This document shows positions 37,705 to 47,581 of a stretch of 64,000 bases of DNA, one piece after another. The position numbers were made by a program, and so were the translations under genes. How positions within the stretch are numbered: the stretch's first letter is position 1; the number at the start of each line of letters is the position of its first letter. The notes beneath the pieces were generated by a model. That model worked only from the letters and a program-made list of their open reading frames with translations. It was not told the DNA's origin and did no database searches. Origin of the DNA: an uncultured archaeon (GTDB lineage: Archaea > Iainarchaeota > Iainarchaeia > Iainarchaeales > 1-14-0-10-31-34). Location: assembly GCA_964442255.1 (NCBI GenBank), contig CAYTYC010000001.1, positions 2,526 to 66,525 on the forward strand, given 5' to 3'.

Positions 37705-38721
37705 ATGCCCCTGCTCCGGAAGTTCCTGAAAAACGTAAAGGGCGGAAGGATAGGGATTTTCACGCACGAAGGTGCGGACGTTGACGCCTTTGCCGCGGGG
37801 GCATGCATGTACCTTTACCTCAAAGAAAAATACTCCCCAAAACTAATTGTCCCGGAGCACATAAACATTAACGCGAAATCAGTCGCAAAAAAAACCCGCA
37901 TTCCTTACACAATAACAAAAAAAAGGGTTCCAGACTTTGATGCAATGGTTTTCGTTGACTTCAATGCGGCGGAAATGTTGGGGGGAATCGCATTTAAAGT
38001 CCTTTCCCGGAAAAAACCGGTTCTCCTGGTTGACCACCACACGAAAGCAAAGAAGGGCGCAATAAAGGCGCAGTTCCATTTTTTGGACTCAAAGGCTTTA
38101 AGCTCGTGTGAATTGGTGTTAGAGTTGTTCAGGCGCTCCCATATTGAAGTTTCGCCTAAAATGGCGCAGCTTCTTGCCGCGGGGATTGTGACAGACACCG
38201 CCTTCTTTCACACAGCAAACCATTCCACTTTCAAGAAAATGTCTTTTCTTTTGCGCGAGTCCCGCAAATCTTTTTCCCAAATCACGGCGCTTTTTAGGGC
38301 TGAAGTTGACTTCAGCGAAAAAATTGCTTCCCTGAAAGCGGCAAAGCGCGCCCGCATTTTCAAAATCGGAAACTGGGTTGCGGTCACAACGGATGTGGGC
38401 TCTTTTGAGGCTTCCGCAGCCTCCGTGCTTGTGAGGCTTGGGGCTGATGTCGCGTTTGCCGGGGACTGCGATAACTCCAAAATAAGGGTAAGCGGAAGGG
38501 CTTCAATGCTTTTCCTCAAAAAAACGGGTTTTGATTTGGCGCGGGACGTTTTTCAGCCCCTGTCCCCCAAATTTTCCGGATCCGGCGGAGGCCATGCCGG
38601 CGCGGCTGCCTTCAGCGGAAAAGCGGAAAGCCTTGAGCCAGCCTTGCAGGAGTGTTTGAAGCTTGTGCAGCGGCATCTGAAGAAAAAAAACAGGCCCTTT
38701 CAATTGAAGGAATACACCTAA
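37705..38721 (+). CDS. DHH-family phosphoesterase (NrnA/RecJ-like)
   Basis: HEGADVDAFA (motif I-II), VDHH motif III, GGGHAGAAA DHHA1 glycine motif. Confidence 0.7.
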   Translation: MPLLRKFLKNVKGGRIGIFTHEGADVDAFAAGACMYLYLKEKYSPKLIVPEHININAKSVAKKTRIPYTITKKRVPDFDAMVFVDFNAAEMLGGIAFKVLSRKKPVLLVDHHTKAKKGAIKAQFHFLDSKALSSCELVLELFRRSHIEVSPKMAQLLAAGIVTDTAFFHTANHSTFKKMSFLLRESRKSFSQITALFRAEVDFSEKIASLKAAKRARIFKIGNWVAVTTDVGSFEASAASVLVRLGADVAFAGDCDNSKIRVSGRASMLFLKKTGFDLARDVFQPLSPKFSGSGGGHAGAAAFSGKAESLEPALQECLKLVQRHLKKKNRPFQLKEYT

Positions 38722-38748
38722 TCATTTGAATAACTTTTAAATACTAGT

Positions 38749-39420
38749 TTGGTTCAATTAAATGCAATGAAAGGCAAACTAATCCTGCTGTTTGCGCTTG
38801 CGCTGCTTTTGGCTTTGCCTGCAGCTTTCGCGGATGTTCTTTTTCCCGGAGAAAAAAGTGTGGGCTATTGCTTTGAGATTTCAAACATTGGCGAATACCC
38901 TGGCTATGCTTTTGTGGCAAGCTTTTATGGCGCAAACGGCGGCTATAATGTCGCGGAGGAAGGGGAATGTGTGGGCTTCTATAAGTTTGACAGGGCTACA
39001 GTTTATGCAATAAAGAAAGAGAAATTTGATGAAATTGACTTTACTGATGTGGAGAAGCTTGAAAAGATTAAAGAGGAGGGCTACTTTGAAAAGAATAAGG
39101 ACTTTGTCCCTTCGGGAATTGAAATCCACCACGGCCAAAGCACAGTTGCGGAAACAGATCCATTGGAAAAAACGGTTGATGTGTTGGAGATTGTTTCCTT
39201 AAGTGAAACTGGGTTTAACCTAAAGAAATCCAAGGTAATTTATGCTTACCTTGGGGGCTTTGTTGAAGAAAAGGTTTACACTTCGCAGGATGAAAGGCCG
39301 CCACGTTCACTTGGCGCGATTCTTCCCGCATGGTTCACCGCTTTTTGGGTTATAACTTTTCCAATAACCGCCCTCATAATAATCGGCTTAATTCTCCTTT
39401 ACAGAAGACGGAAAAAATGA
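38749..39420 (+). CDS. Secreted or cell-surface hypothetical protein with C-terminal TM anchor
   Basis: Signal peptide, globular domain, and C-terminal hydrophobic helix followed by RRRKK. Confidence 0.45.
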   Translation: MVQLNAMKGKLILLFALALLLALPAAFADVLFPGEKSVGYCFEISNIGEYPGYAFVASFYGANGGYNVAEEGECVGFYKFDRATVYAIKKEKFDEIDFTDVEKLEKIKEEGYFEKNKDFVPSGIEIHHGQSTVAETDPLEKTVDVLEIVSLSETGFNLKKSKVIYAYLGGFVEEKVYTSQDERPPRSLGAILPAWFTAFWVITFPITALIIIGLILLYRRRKK

Positions 39421-39725
39421 TTCTTTTCGGTTTGGTTTTTGCCCTTCTTCTTACAATCTTCTTGGAATTCTTTGTTTTATGGCTTATCCTAAAAAAAGAG
39501 CCCACAAAGCTTTTGCTTTACTTTGCATTGATTAATTCTTTCAGTCAGCCCCTTGCAACTTTTGCTTACTGGACTTTTTTGCCGGATTTTTTTCTTGTTG
39601 AGGCCGCGGTGTTCTTGGCTGAAACAGTGCTGATTGCGCTTTTGCTTCAGACAAATTACAGGAAAGCTTTATTGTTGTCTTTTGCCGCTAACGCGGTTTC
39701 CGCGGCGTTCAGCTTTCTTTTATGA
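39417..39725 (+). CDS. Small polytopic membrane protein
   Basis: ATGA overlap with the upstream gene. Three hydrophobic helices. The ORF-track N-terminal extension (39330) is unlikely. Confidence 0.4.
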   Translation: MILFGLVFALLLTIFLEFFVLWLILKKEPTKLLLYFALINSFSQPLATFAYWTFLPDFFLVEAAVFLAETVLIALLLQTNYRKALLLSFAANAVSAAFSFLL

Positions 39726-40002
39726 ATTCGCAGGGCCTGCAGTCCGGGCTTTTCCCGCGGTCATACCATCCCTTTGGAAGGGCTTCGTTTCCCTCAAAGT
39801 ATATGTGCATCCTTCCATCAGAATCGCAGTACGCGTTTTCCAGTTCCCCCACATACTTGTAGCAGGGCGCAACGCATTTTTCGTCCCCGCTGAAGGAAGG
39901 CAGCTTGTCCGTTCCAGTGTAGCCCGTCAAAAAATAGCCCATTATCACGCCGATTCCCAACGCAATGAACCCGTAAGCCAGAACGCTTTTCATAAACCTC
40001 AT
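39709..40002 (-). CDS. Small Cys-containing membrane-anchored protein
   Basis: N-terminal TM helix and six Cys in the ectodomain. Confidence 0.35.
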   Translation of the reverse strand: MRFMKSVLAYGFIALGIGVIMGYFLTGYTGTDKLPSFSGDEKCVAPCYKYVGELENAYCDSDGRMHIYFEGNEALPKGWYDRGKSPDCRPCEFIKES

Positions 40003-40067
40003 TTCACTCCCTAAGATATTCGCCTTTCTTATTTAAATCTTTTTTCTTATTCACGTCAGGCGGTTTA

Positions 40068-40799
40068 ATGCATCGGCTTTCAGGCCGATTGTTCTTTTTG
40101 ACCCTGATTTTATGGATGCCCCGCCCTTTAGGGCGGGAGGCAGTCATTTTTTACGCCGAATCGTTAAACTTATATACCCCAAACCCTTATATTTTACAAA
40201 TGGCTTTCAAGGTTCACTGGACAATTATTCTGCCCATTGCGACAGCCATACTCGGCATTTATGAGATAACGTTGGAGGCAATTTCCCCCCTTAACTGGAT
40301 TTTTGCCGCCCTCATCTTCATCATGGCGGGACTGATGTTTTACAGGTCTTTCACCGCAATGAGGGAAGAAGAAGAGGAAGAAGCAGGGTTTGAAGAGGAA
40401 AAGCAAAGGGCGCCGTCAAAATCCTTGGTTGCACAGGAAAACCTTCCATACAGGCTGAGAAGGCCGGGTTCAGAGGCCGCTGAAAAACTGGAGCTGGAGG
40501 ACTTTTTTGTATCCAGGCCCCCGGAAAGGAAGCCCGCCCAAAAACAGGTTCAAAGGACGGCTCGAAAACCGTATTCCGTGCAGCCCGCGCAAAAAGCCCC
40601 GCCCGCAAGGCCTTTCGCAAAACCCGTTTCCCCTAAGCCCACGGCAGCGGGAAAAGAAAAGCCTTTGGCTGAGGTCTTAAAGGAAAGGATTTCAGCAAAA
40701 CCCGAAAAGCCCCCGGCACAGTCTCCGGCAAAGGAAACCGGCCTGAAAAAGAAAAAAGAAAAAGCGTTAAAGGAACTCAAAGACCTTTTCAGCCAGTAA
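40068..40799 (+). CDS. Membrane protein with long Pro/Ala/Lys-rich disordered tail
   Basis: Two TM helices, then acidic run and PAQK repeats. Start could be the internal Met at about 40200. Confidence 0.4.
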   Translation: MHRLSGRLFFLTLILWMPRPLGREAVIFYAESLNLYTPNPYILQMAFKVHWTIILPIATAILGIYEITLEAISPLNWIFAALIFIMAGLMFYRSFTAMREEEEEEAGFEEEKQRAPSKSLVAQENLPYRLRRPGSEAAEKLELEDFFVSRPPERKPAQKQVQRTARKPYSVQPAQKAPPARPFAKPVSPKPTAAGKEKPLAEVLKERISAKPEKPPAQSPAKETGLKKKKEKALKELKDLFSQ

Positions 40800-40808
40800 A
40801 AAAAATTC

Positions 40809-41159
40809 TCATTCCATGTTCTTTATTCTCATAAAGCACTTGTGGCAGACAAATTTTTCATTCAGTTCCACGCCCATGTTGTCCAGTCCTTCGCATAAAA
40901 TGCATCTTCTTCCCCTGCCCGTTATTTCTTTGCCTGCCCAGGAGAAAAGCAATGCCCACGAACACCAGCCGGGAAGAACCAGCTCCTGCAAAACCGTTTT
41001 ATCATTTGCCTGCACCCTTCGCTTGAAGCCTTCCGGCACATGCCTGTGGATGTTTTCCATCCATTTAACCCTTTCCAGGTTTCCCTTCAACAGGAACTGG
41101 GTTTTTTTTTCCTCAAAAAGCGAGCACATTTTTTCTCTAATTGAATGAAATGCATTCAA
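40809..41159 (-). CDS. Hypothetical Cys-rich (zinc-finger-like) protein
   Basis: CILCEG...CHKCF C-terminal Cys cluster. Confidence 0.35.
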   Translation of the reverse strand: MNAFHSIREKMCSLFEEKKTQFLLKGNLERVKWMENIHRHVPEGFKRRVQANDKTVLQELVLPGWCSWALLFSWAGKEITGRGRRCILCEGLDNMGVELNEKFVCHKCFMRIKNME

Positions 41160-41181
41160 AAATAAAAGCCTTTCCCTTTCC

Positions 41182-42027
41182 TTAAAAAAAATTTTCCACG
41201 GCTTCCCGTATGGTTGAAACCTCTTTCACCTGCATTCCCCATTGATCTTCCGCGAATTCCCTTAAATCCAGGGTTTTTGGCACATAGTTCACGCGCTGTA
41301 TTGTGAGGAAACCGCGCTTTTCTTCCCGGATTTCCTGCTTGTAATAGGTTATTGTGCTTTGGCCTTCCGGCACCAAAAAAAGCCGTGTTCCGGCTTCCCC
41401 TAAAGCCGCGGCCTTTTCCATTACCCCGCTGATTCTTCCAATCCTTCCGTTTTCGCTTATTGTGCCGGTTATTGCCACTTTTTCCTTTGGGCTTTCCTCT
41501 TTTATTGCCCCTATTGTCGCAATAGCCAATGCAGCCCCCGCACTCGGCCCCCCCACCAAATCAGCCTTTGTTTCGGTTATTGAATAAATGACGTCCTTTC
41601 CCCTGAGGCTTTTTCCGGTGAAGTTTTCCGCAACTTTTGCGGCGACCTCGATGCTTTCCTGTGTGTCAGGTTCCACAAACGGGTTGGTGTTGAACAAAAT
41701 CCTTTTTTCCCCTGGCAGGCCTTCTCTTATCTCCACTGAAGCTTTGTTCACTATTCCCTTGTTTTCTGATGCGGAAACCGCCACAACGCTTATTTCCGCG
41801 GAAAAAGTTCCGGCAGGCAGGGGCTCTTTAGCGGGGCTCCCGCCCACTGGGCTCATGCCATGGGATTCGCTTAAGAAAAGGCCCAAATTTATGCCTAACA
41901 CGAATACAAGAACAACAAGCAAAATCCAGGCGGCCTTGTGTGAAGCCATAAAAAAAATTCCCCTGGAAACGCTTTTTAAGGCTACTTTTTTTTGAATGAG
42001 AAAACACAAATCAGGGGCTTCAGCCAA
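41182..42027 (-). CDS. Membrane-anchored S16 peptidase (Lon protease proteolytic domain only)
   Basis: GPSAGAALAIATIGAI Ser site and KVAITGTIS...GRISGVMEKAAAL Lys region. N-terminal TM helix. No AAA+ domain. Confidence 0.65.
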   Translation of the reverse strand: MAEAPDLCFLIQKKVALKSVSRGIFFMASHKAAWILLVVLVFVLGINLGLFLSESHGMSPVGGSPAKEPLPAGTFSAEISVVAVSASENKGIVNKASVEIREGLPGEKRILFNTNPFVEPDTQESIEVAAKVAENFTGKSLRGKDVIYSITETKADLVGGPSAGAALAIATIGAIKEESPKEKVAITGTISENGRIGRISGVMEKAAALGEAGTRLFLVPEGQSTITYYKQEIREEKRGFLTIQRVNYVPKTLDLREFAEDQWGMQVKEVSTIREAVENFF

Positions 42028-42076
42028 ACTCCAATGCGCCGGAATCCGCTTAAACGGAGGCCTTAAGGCCAGGGCT

Positions 42077-42484
42077 TCACTCGATGTAAATGGTTTGGCT
42101 GCCTTTCCTTACCTTTCCCCTGTCCGCGTAACGGAAAAGGTAGTGCACGGTGCTTTTCGGCGTTCCGGTGAGTTCCTCTATTTTTCTCAGGCTCAGGTAA
42201 TCCTTTTTAAGGTCCGAAATCTTCAGAATCTTTTCAAAACCCAGTTCCAGTGCCCTTCCCCTCCTGTTTTCCACTTTAACGGAAACATTTTTTTCCTTCA
42301 AGTATTTCCTGCTTTTTTCCCCCAGCCTTTTTAAGGTGGACGCGCTTAAGCTGAACTCCTTTACGCCCTTTTTTTCCGCCAAATACTGCAGTTTAGTGAA
42401 TTTGATTGGCCTGACCAAATGAATTTTTTCAACGCCCTTTGGAAGGCGCCTGACATTTGTTTTCCCGTACACGGAATAACGCAT
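42077..42484 (-). CDS. Hypothetical protein with C-terminal HTH (ISDLKKDYLSLRKIEELTGTPKSTVHYLF)
   Basis: Predicted HTH near the C-terminus. Confidence 0.35.
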   Translation of the reverse strand: MRYSVYGKTNVRRLPKGVEKIHLVRPIKFTKLQYLAEKKGVKEFSLSASTLKRLGEKSRKYLKEKNVSVKVENRRGRALELGFEKILKISDLKKDYLSLRKIEELTGTPKSTVHYLFRYADRGKVRKGSQTIYIE

Positions 42485-42493
42485 TTTTTTTTT

Positions 42494-43210
42494 TCACCAG
42501 CCCACAATTCCCGCGGCCATGAACATCGCGAGGCTTAGGATAAGCCCCAACACAAAGAACAAGGGGTTTCCTTTGCTTCCCTCCGGAAGCATGTCCCTTA
42601 TCACAACGTAAAGCAGCGCGCCAACCACGAAAGCAAAAATGGCGAGAAAAATGTGCCTTGCGGGATTCAAAAGGAAAGCAAAGAGCGCCCCGATGAGAGG
42701 GGAGGCCGCAAGCGTAATGGAAATTATTCTGTTCTGGAAGTGTTCGTCGATGTGCGTCAAGGAAATTCCGGAGGAAATCGTGTGAAGGAAAAGCGGAATA
42801 AACAGGAGAAAACCCAACTCAATTTGCGGGGAATTAATGGCAAAGAAAAGTGCAGCGCCCACGACAAAGTGGTCAATGAAAAATCCGGCGGCATGCACCT
42901 CCGCAAGCTCCCTTAAAAGGACGTCCTTGTTTTTGACGTGCTGGTAAATGTATTTTTCCATCACATGAAACAAAACAAAACCCGCCAGAAGGAAGACGAA
43001 CACCTTTTCGCCCATCAGGGAGGCGCCTTCAACCAGTTCGGGAAGCAGCACAAGAAAAATGAATGCAATGAACAGCCCCGCGGAAAAGCTCACAAGCTGT
43101 GCGTGAAAGCGTTCAACGTGTGCCGCAAACTGCTCGGAAAACCAGTGGACAGCCACAAGGATTGCGGCGAGAACAAATGTCAGGGATGCAGTCAAACCAA
43201 GCATGTCCAA
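42494..43210 (-). CDS. ZIP-family metal (zinc) transporter, ZupT-like
   Basis: Eight TM helices with His/Asp/Glu-containing helices (HAAGFFIDHF, HTISSG...HIDEHF). Confidence 0.5.
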   Translation of the reverse strand: MDMLGLTASLTFVLAAILVAVHWFSEQFAAHVERFHAQLVSFSAGLFIAFIFLVLLPELVEGASLMGEKVFVFLLAGFVLFHVMEKYIYQHVKNKDVLLRELAEVHAAGFFIDHFVVGAALFFAINSPQIELGFLLFIPLFLHTISSGISLTHIDEHFQNRIISITLAASPLIGALFAFLLNPARHIFLAIFAFVVGALLYVVIRDMLPEGSKGNPLFFVLGLILSLAMFMAAGIVGW

Positions 43211-43296
43211 GAATAAGCGCGTTTTTTTATTTAAATGTTTTGCTTCAGCTGGGGAAAGCTATAAATACGCATGAAGCCATCTTTTGTACGGGAAGC

Positions 43297-43863
43297 ATGT
43301 TCAACGACTACTACAGGAAAGCCGTGTTCGGAAACCAGGTGAAATTCGTTAAAGGGCAGTTTTTCCTCGGAAACGTTCCCTTTGTTTTTGCCCCCCTGGA
43401 TTTGCTTTTGTCCATTGTTTCAATAGATGATGAAAACCTCCACAAAAAGCTTTACTCTTCGGTGAAGGAATCCGCGCAAAGGCTTGTTCAAAGGTTCGAG
43501 TTTCCGTTTGAATACAGTGCCCTGAGAAGGCTTGAGGAAATGGAAAACTATTTTTCATCTTCTGGCTGGGGCCCGCTGCAAAGAATGCATTTGGATGAAA
43601 AGAAAAGCCGGGCGCTTGTAACCGTTGAAAATTCCCCCCTGGCTTTGGCTTTGCAGGGAAAAAGCCTTCATCCGGTTGACCATTTAATGAGGGGCATTCT
43701 TGCCGGGGTTTATTCAAGTGTCATGAAGCGGGACATGGACTGCGTGGAACTCGCGTGCCTTGCTTCAGGCGCGCCGGAAAGATGCGAGTTTGTGTTAAAG
43801 CCGCACCACGAATTCGATTTCTCAAAAGAGCTTACCAGAAAACAAATTGAACCCAAAATTTAG
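43297..43863 (+). CDS. V4R-domain protein
   Basis: C-terminal VELACLASGAPERCEF cysteine pattern. The upstream part of the ORF-track ORF overlaps the ZIP gene antisense, so start moved to 43297. Confidence 0.45.
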   Translation: MFNDYYRKAVFGNQVKFVKGQFFLGNVPFVFAPLDLLLSIVSIDDENLHKKLYSSVKESAQRLVQRFEFPFEYSALRRLEEMENYFSSSGWGPLQRMHLDEKKSRALVTVENSPLALALQGKSLHPVDHLMRGILAGVYSSVMKRDMDCVELACLASGAPERCEFVLKPHHEFDFSKELTRKQIEPKI

Positions 43864-43903
43864 CCCCCGCAAAAAAACCGGTTTCTTGGTTAAAACCAAA
43901 AAA

Positions 43904-44965
43904 TCAGCAATCCCTTTCAACAAGGTAGTCCGCGAAAGCCCTGAGCTTCTTTTTTGCCTTGCTTTCCTTCAGCAAAGGCTCGATTTCTTTCCAGGCGCCT
44001 TTCACAAGTTCCTTGGCTTTTTCTCTTGCGTAATCTATTGAGGCGGTTTTTTCAATCAGTGAAACGGCCTCTTTAATCAGCTTTTCGTCCTTTGTGTGCA
44101 TTCCAAGAATTTCCTTCAGTCTTTCGGCGTCCTTTTTTTCCGCGTTCGCAAAAGAATGGATGACCATCAGCGTGCGCTTTCCTTCGTTTATGTCGTCCCC
44201 GAACTCTTTTCCCCACTCTCCGGTCGGCTTGATGTTCAGAATATCGTCCTGTATCTGGAACCCCACGCCAATCATTGAAGCGAATTTTCCCGCGGCCTCC
44301 GCCTCTTTTTTTTCAGCATCCGCCAGCACCGCGCCAAGCTTTGCGGAAAACCTTGCAAGTGTTCCGGTTTTAAAGGCAACCATTTGAAGGTATTCTTTTT
44401 CGGAGGGCTCCTTTTTTCCCTTGTGCCAGTAAATGTCCAGCCCCTGCCCCACGCTTAACTCCAAAAGCGCCTGCACATAAATCTCAAATGCGCGGTTCTT
44501 TTTTTTTTCGCTTAAGCCGCTTTCAGTCAGGGGAAGGAGGGGCGCAAAGTAAAGCATGTTTCCCGCGTTGATTGCAATGTCGGTGCCGTAAATTTTGTGC
44601 GTGCAGGGCGTTCCCCTCCTTAAATCGGAGTCGTCTTCCACGTCGTCAACCATTATTGTGCCGTTGTGCACCATTTCCGGCAGGCACGCGAACTCCAGTA
44701 TTTTCTCCGGATTTCCCCCGAATGCTTCGTTCACCAAAAGCATTAGCACAGGCCTCCAGCGTTTTCCCCCGCGGTCCAAAAACTCCCATATCGGCTCGTT
44801 CAAGGACTTGTTTATGGATTCTTCGTCAAACTCAAAGAGAGGCTTTCCGAAGACTTTTTCCGTCCATTTTTTGTCCGCCTTCCGGGGAAAGCATTTCTCC
44901 ATTTCCCTGTCAATGCGTGGCTTCCATTCATTCAAAAAGGATTTGATTTCCTTTTCCGCTTCCAT
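43904..44965 (-). CDS. idsA: Geranylgeranyl diphosphate synthase (trans-isoprenyl diphosphate synthase)
   Basis: First DDxxD (MVDDVEDDSDLRRG) and second (FQIQDDILN) aspartate-rich motifs. Confidence 0.8.
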   Translation of the reverse strand: MEAEKEIKSFLNEWKPRIDREMEKCFPRKADKKWTEKVFGKPLFEFDEESINKSLNEPIWEFLDRGGKRWRPVLMLLVNEAFGGNPEKILEFACLPEMVHNGTIMVDDVEDDSDLRRGTPCTHKIYGTDIAINAGNMLYFAPLLPLTESGLSEKKKNRAFEIYVQALLELSVGQGLDIYWHKGKKEPSEKEYLQMVAFKTGTLARFSAKLGAVLADAEKKEAEAAGKFASMIGVGFQIQDDILNIKPTGEWGKEFGDDINEGKRTLMVIHSFANAEKKDAERLKEILGMHTKDEKLIKEAVSLIEKTASIDYAREKAKELVKGAWKEIEPLLKESKAKKKLRAFADYLVERDC

Positions 44966-45031
44966 GTATTAATATAGCAAACGACATTCTTTTTTAAATG
45001 CCCTGTTGCCTTTCGCTCACGCAAATGGATT

Positions 45032-45142
45032 GATGCAGGGCAAATGATTGTCATTTGTTGCAGTTCAGTGTCTGGTATTTCTTTCATTTTTTGCAGGCAA
45101 TCGCCGATGCAGGGCAAATGATTGTCATTTGTTGCAGTTCAG
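45032..45142. repeat. Two identical 37-bp direct repeats (gatgcagggcaaatgattgtcatttgttgcagttcag) separated by a 37-bp spacer
   Basis: Exact copies at 45032-45068 and 45106-45142. Each holds a perfect palindrome CAAATGA-ttg-TCATTTG. Lies 70-180 nt upstream of the idsA start on the minus strand. Confidence 0.8.
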
Positions 45143-45164
45143 GGGCAGGTGCTTTAAATGCTTT

Positions 45165-45443
45165 TCACTTAACCTGCCTGAGGCTGTTGACTGCCTCAAA
45201 AGGCTCCATTACCCTGAATTTCAGGAAATTTTTTTCCACAAGCCTTTTCCTCATGAGTTCCCCCAAAGCTTCACTGATTCTTGTTTCTTCTTCCCTTGCC
45301 ATTTCCGTTATTTCGTCAAAAAACAGTTCCCCGTGCCTTATCAGCGCCATCAAAACCTTGAGCTTGACTTTCTCCCTTTTGTCCAGTTCATTTTCCTTTT
45401 CAATCCTGATGCAAGCGGCCTCCAGTATGTTCAGCCAAACCAC
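45165..45443 (-). CDS. Hypothetical helical protein (92 aa)
   Basis: ORF only. Confidence 0.3.
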   Translation of the reverse strand: MVWLNILEAACIRIEKENELDKREKVKLKVLMALIRHGELFFDEITEMAREEETRISEALGELMRKRLVEKNFLKFRVMEPFEAVNSLRQVK

Positions 45444-45580
45444 CCCCTGAAAGGTTTGATTGGTTGGATAAACCGCGCGGTTTTCCGGAAATTCAATTAA
45501 CGCTTACGCTTTCCGCATATAAATAGTTTCCAGTACAAACAGTACGGACAAATGGTACCAATGCATTTATATGGCAGAAG

Positions 45581-46093
45581 CTATCGGTAAACAGCGTAAC
45601 CGTAAACTTTTTTTCCATTTGTTTTTTCCAGCGCCTCTTCAATTGTTTTCTTCATTTCCTTTAGTTCGCGTTCATCTTTCACCGGAACCTTGTTTTTGAA
45701 GTCCTCAATTTTCTTGTTTTCCCCGTTAATCCTTATGAGGTAAGTCTGCTCCTCCGCCTGCAGGCTCTGCTTCAGGATGCCTTCAAGCTCAACCGCCCTG
45801 CGCGCAAGGAAAGAGGTTTTCCTTTTCACCAGTTTCTCAAACGCCTTCACGGGGTTTTTTGAAAAATAATTTGCGGGATGCGAGTTAGTGCAGTGCACCA
45901 GGCCGTGGCGGAGCAAATCATTCAGCGCAACATAAACCTTGTTCACGGGCACGAGGCTTTCCCGGCTTAACTGTGTGGCGGTTTTAACCTCGCCTGAAAG
46001 CAAAAAGAAGTAGACTTTGGCGTGTGAAACGCCAAAGCCTGGTAGGAGTTCGGAAAATATTGCCTTTAATTTTATTGGAGCCTGTCTGGGCAT
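45581..46093 (-). CDS. TrmB-like winged-helix transcriptional regulator
   Basis: N-terminal wHTH (AKVYFFLLSGEVKTATQLSRESLVPVNKVYVALNDLLRHGLV) typical of the TrmB family. Confidence 0.5.
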   Translation of the reverse strand: MPRQAPIKLKAIFSELLPGFGVSHAKVYFFLLSGEVKTATQLSRESLVPVNKVYVALNDLLRHGLVHCTNSHPANYFSKNPVKAFEKLVKRKTSFLARRAVELEGILKQSLQAEEQTYLIRINGENKKIEDFKNKVPVKDERELKEMKKTIEEALEKTNGKKVYGYAVYR

Positions 46094-46256
46094 ACAAAAC
46101 CCATTAATCTATACGGCGTTAAACATATTAAAAGCTTAATTTAAATTTTTGATTTGGTTAATTTAATTAATTATTTAAGCCTTTCTTTCTTATGGGTTAT
46201 TAATTTAGTTTTGGCTTTAGTGTCCATCTGGAAATTAAATTTACAGGAGGGTTTCT

Positions 46257-46703
46257 GTGATTGACGAAATTGACAAAAAGATTTTGAATCTGATGATTTC
46301 TTTCCCTGAAATTCGGCAGCACGAACTGGCGAAAAAAATCGGAATTTCCGCGCCCGCGGTGACAAACAGGATAAAGAAGCTGAAAAAGGAAAAGGTTTTG
46401 CTTGGCTACCGCCCAAGCATTGACTTGCACAAGCTCGGATACGATGTCACGGTTGTGATAACTGTCAGGACGGCGCAGAACCTTGAGGCCACGGCAAACA
46501 AGTGGGCGCAGGATCCCCACGTGTGCGCGGCTTACCGTGTCACAGGGGAAACCGACTTTGTTTTGGTCGCAAAATTCAGGAACACAAAGGAACTGGACAA
46601 ATTCAATCAGGCAATGTTTGCCGATGAAAGCGTGAACAGGACAAACACCAGCCTTGTGTTCAGCGCGGCAAAAGAAGGCCAGCTCCCGAACAGGGTTTTT
46701 TAG
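46257..46703 (+). CDS. Lrp/AsnC-family transcriptional regulator
   Basis: HTH_AsnC N-terminus (IDKKILNLM...ELAKKIGISAPAVTNRIKKL) and RAM C-domain. GTG start. Confidence 0.75.
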   Translation: MIDEIDKKILNLMISFPEIRQHELAKKIGISAPAVTNRIKKLKKEKVLLGYRPSIDLHKLGYDVTVVITVRTAQNLEATANKWAQDPHVCAAYRVTGETDFVLVAKFRNTKELDKFNQAMFADESVNRTNTSLVFSAAKEGQLPNRVF

Positions 46704-46812
46704 AAACCCCTTTCCGGGAACCCCGCCTGTTTCAATGGGCGAATGAATTGTTTCCGTCAGGCCGTTTACGGGAAAAAAAATTAGGGGGGCTTTAACCCGC
46801 CGTAGTTTAGGC
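46698..46812 (+). repeat. Copy 3 of the ~112-nt intergenic repeat family
   Basis: Begins at the stop codon of the Lrp gene. Same orientation as copies 1 and 2. Confidence 0.6.
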
Positions 46813-46816
46813 GGGT

Positions 46817-47110
46817 TTATTCGTTTATCCCCCGCGCTTTTATTCTTTCTTCGTAAGCTTTGGAATACTCTTCCTTAAGCCAATTTAGAAGGTCCATTAA
46901 CAGGCCGTTTCGTTCCAGGTCTCTTTTCTCTTTCTGCAAAACAACTTTGTGTGCGTCTATGCTTCCCTGAAACTTGTCCCCATAGATGAGTATAAGTTCC
47001 CTCCATTCATGGTCTAATAGTATCGGACATAAGTTTTGGAAACTTTTTGGTTTTTGGAACCTTGTTTTTTGCCTGCATTTTGGCAAACTAAAGCATTTCC
47101 TAATGTACAA
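46817..47110 (-). CDS. Hypothetical protein
   Basis: ORF only. Confidence 0.25.
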   Translation of the reverse strand: MYIRKCFSLPKCRQKTRFQKPKSFQNLCPILLDHEWRELILIYGDKFQGSIDAHKVVLQKEKRDLERNGLLMDLLNWLKEEYSKAYEERIKARGINE

Positions 47111-47191
47111 AAGTTCAATTATTTATGTCCATGGCTATAATATCACATTCATAAGTTTCTCTATTTTGCTTTTATCCGGGACAATTTTTTT

Positions 47192-47461
47192 TTAGGGTGA
47201 TTTGGCAAACACAGCCCCAAAGCAGACCAAAACAGGTAAATCCCTGTGGCCTTCCGGAAAATTCTCCACAACAAAGTAAGGCATTCCCCTTTTGAAGGAA
47301 GGCTTTTTTGATTCAATGGTTGAAATAATAAACCGGTTAAATTTGTCCAACGCCGGGGTTTCTTGGGTTCTTTTTTTTACGGATTCAATCCACTGCGCAT
47401 AATCGGTTTCCTTTTTGAGGTCCAGCCCCCTCATGCTTTTGGGGCGTGGAGGAGGCGGCAA
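47192..47461 (-). CDS. Hypothetical protein
   Basis: ORF only. Confidence 0.25.
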   Translation of the reverse strand: MPPPPRPKSMRGLDLKKETDYAQWIESVKKRTQETPALDKFNRFIISTIESKKPSFKRGMPYFVVENFPEGHRDLPVLVCFGAVFAKSP

Positions 47462-47581
47462 AGTCTCAGCGAGCTAAGTGGCGCCGCAGCAAGGTTAGTC
47501 AAACTCTTGCTTCCAAGCGCTTTCGCCAGACCTCTTTTAGCCATAACGAATTAATGCTCTTAAAGTATTTAAAGACTTTTT

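Noticed and set aside
45032-45142. CRISPR array call for the 37-bp repeat / 37-bp spacer pattern
   Set aside because: Only two repeat copies are present. There are no cas genes and no leader-like region in the window. The promoter-proximal position and internal palindrome fit an operator pair better.
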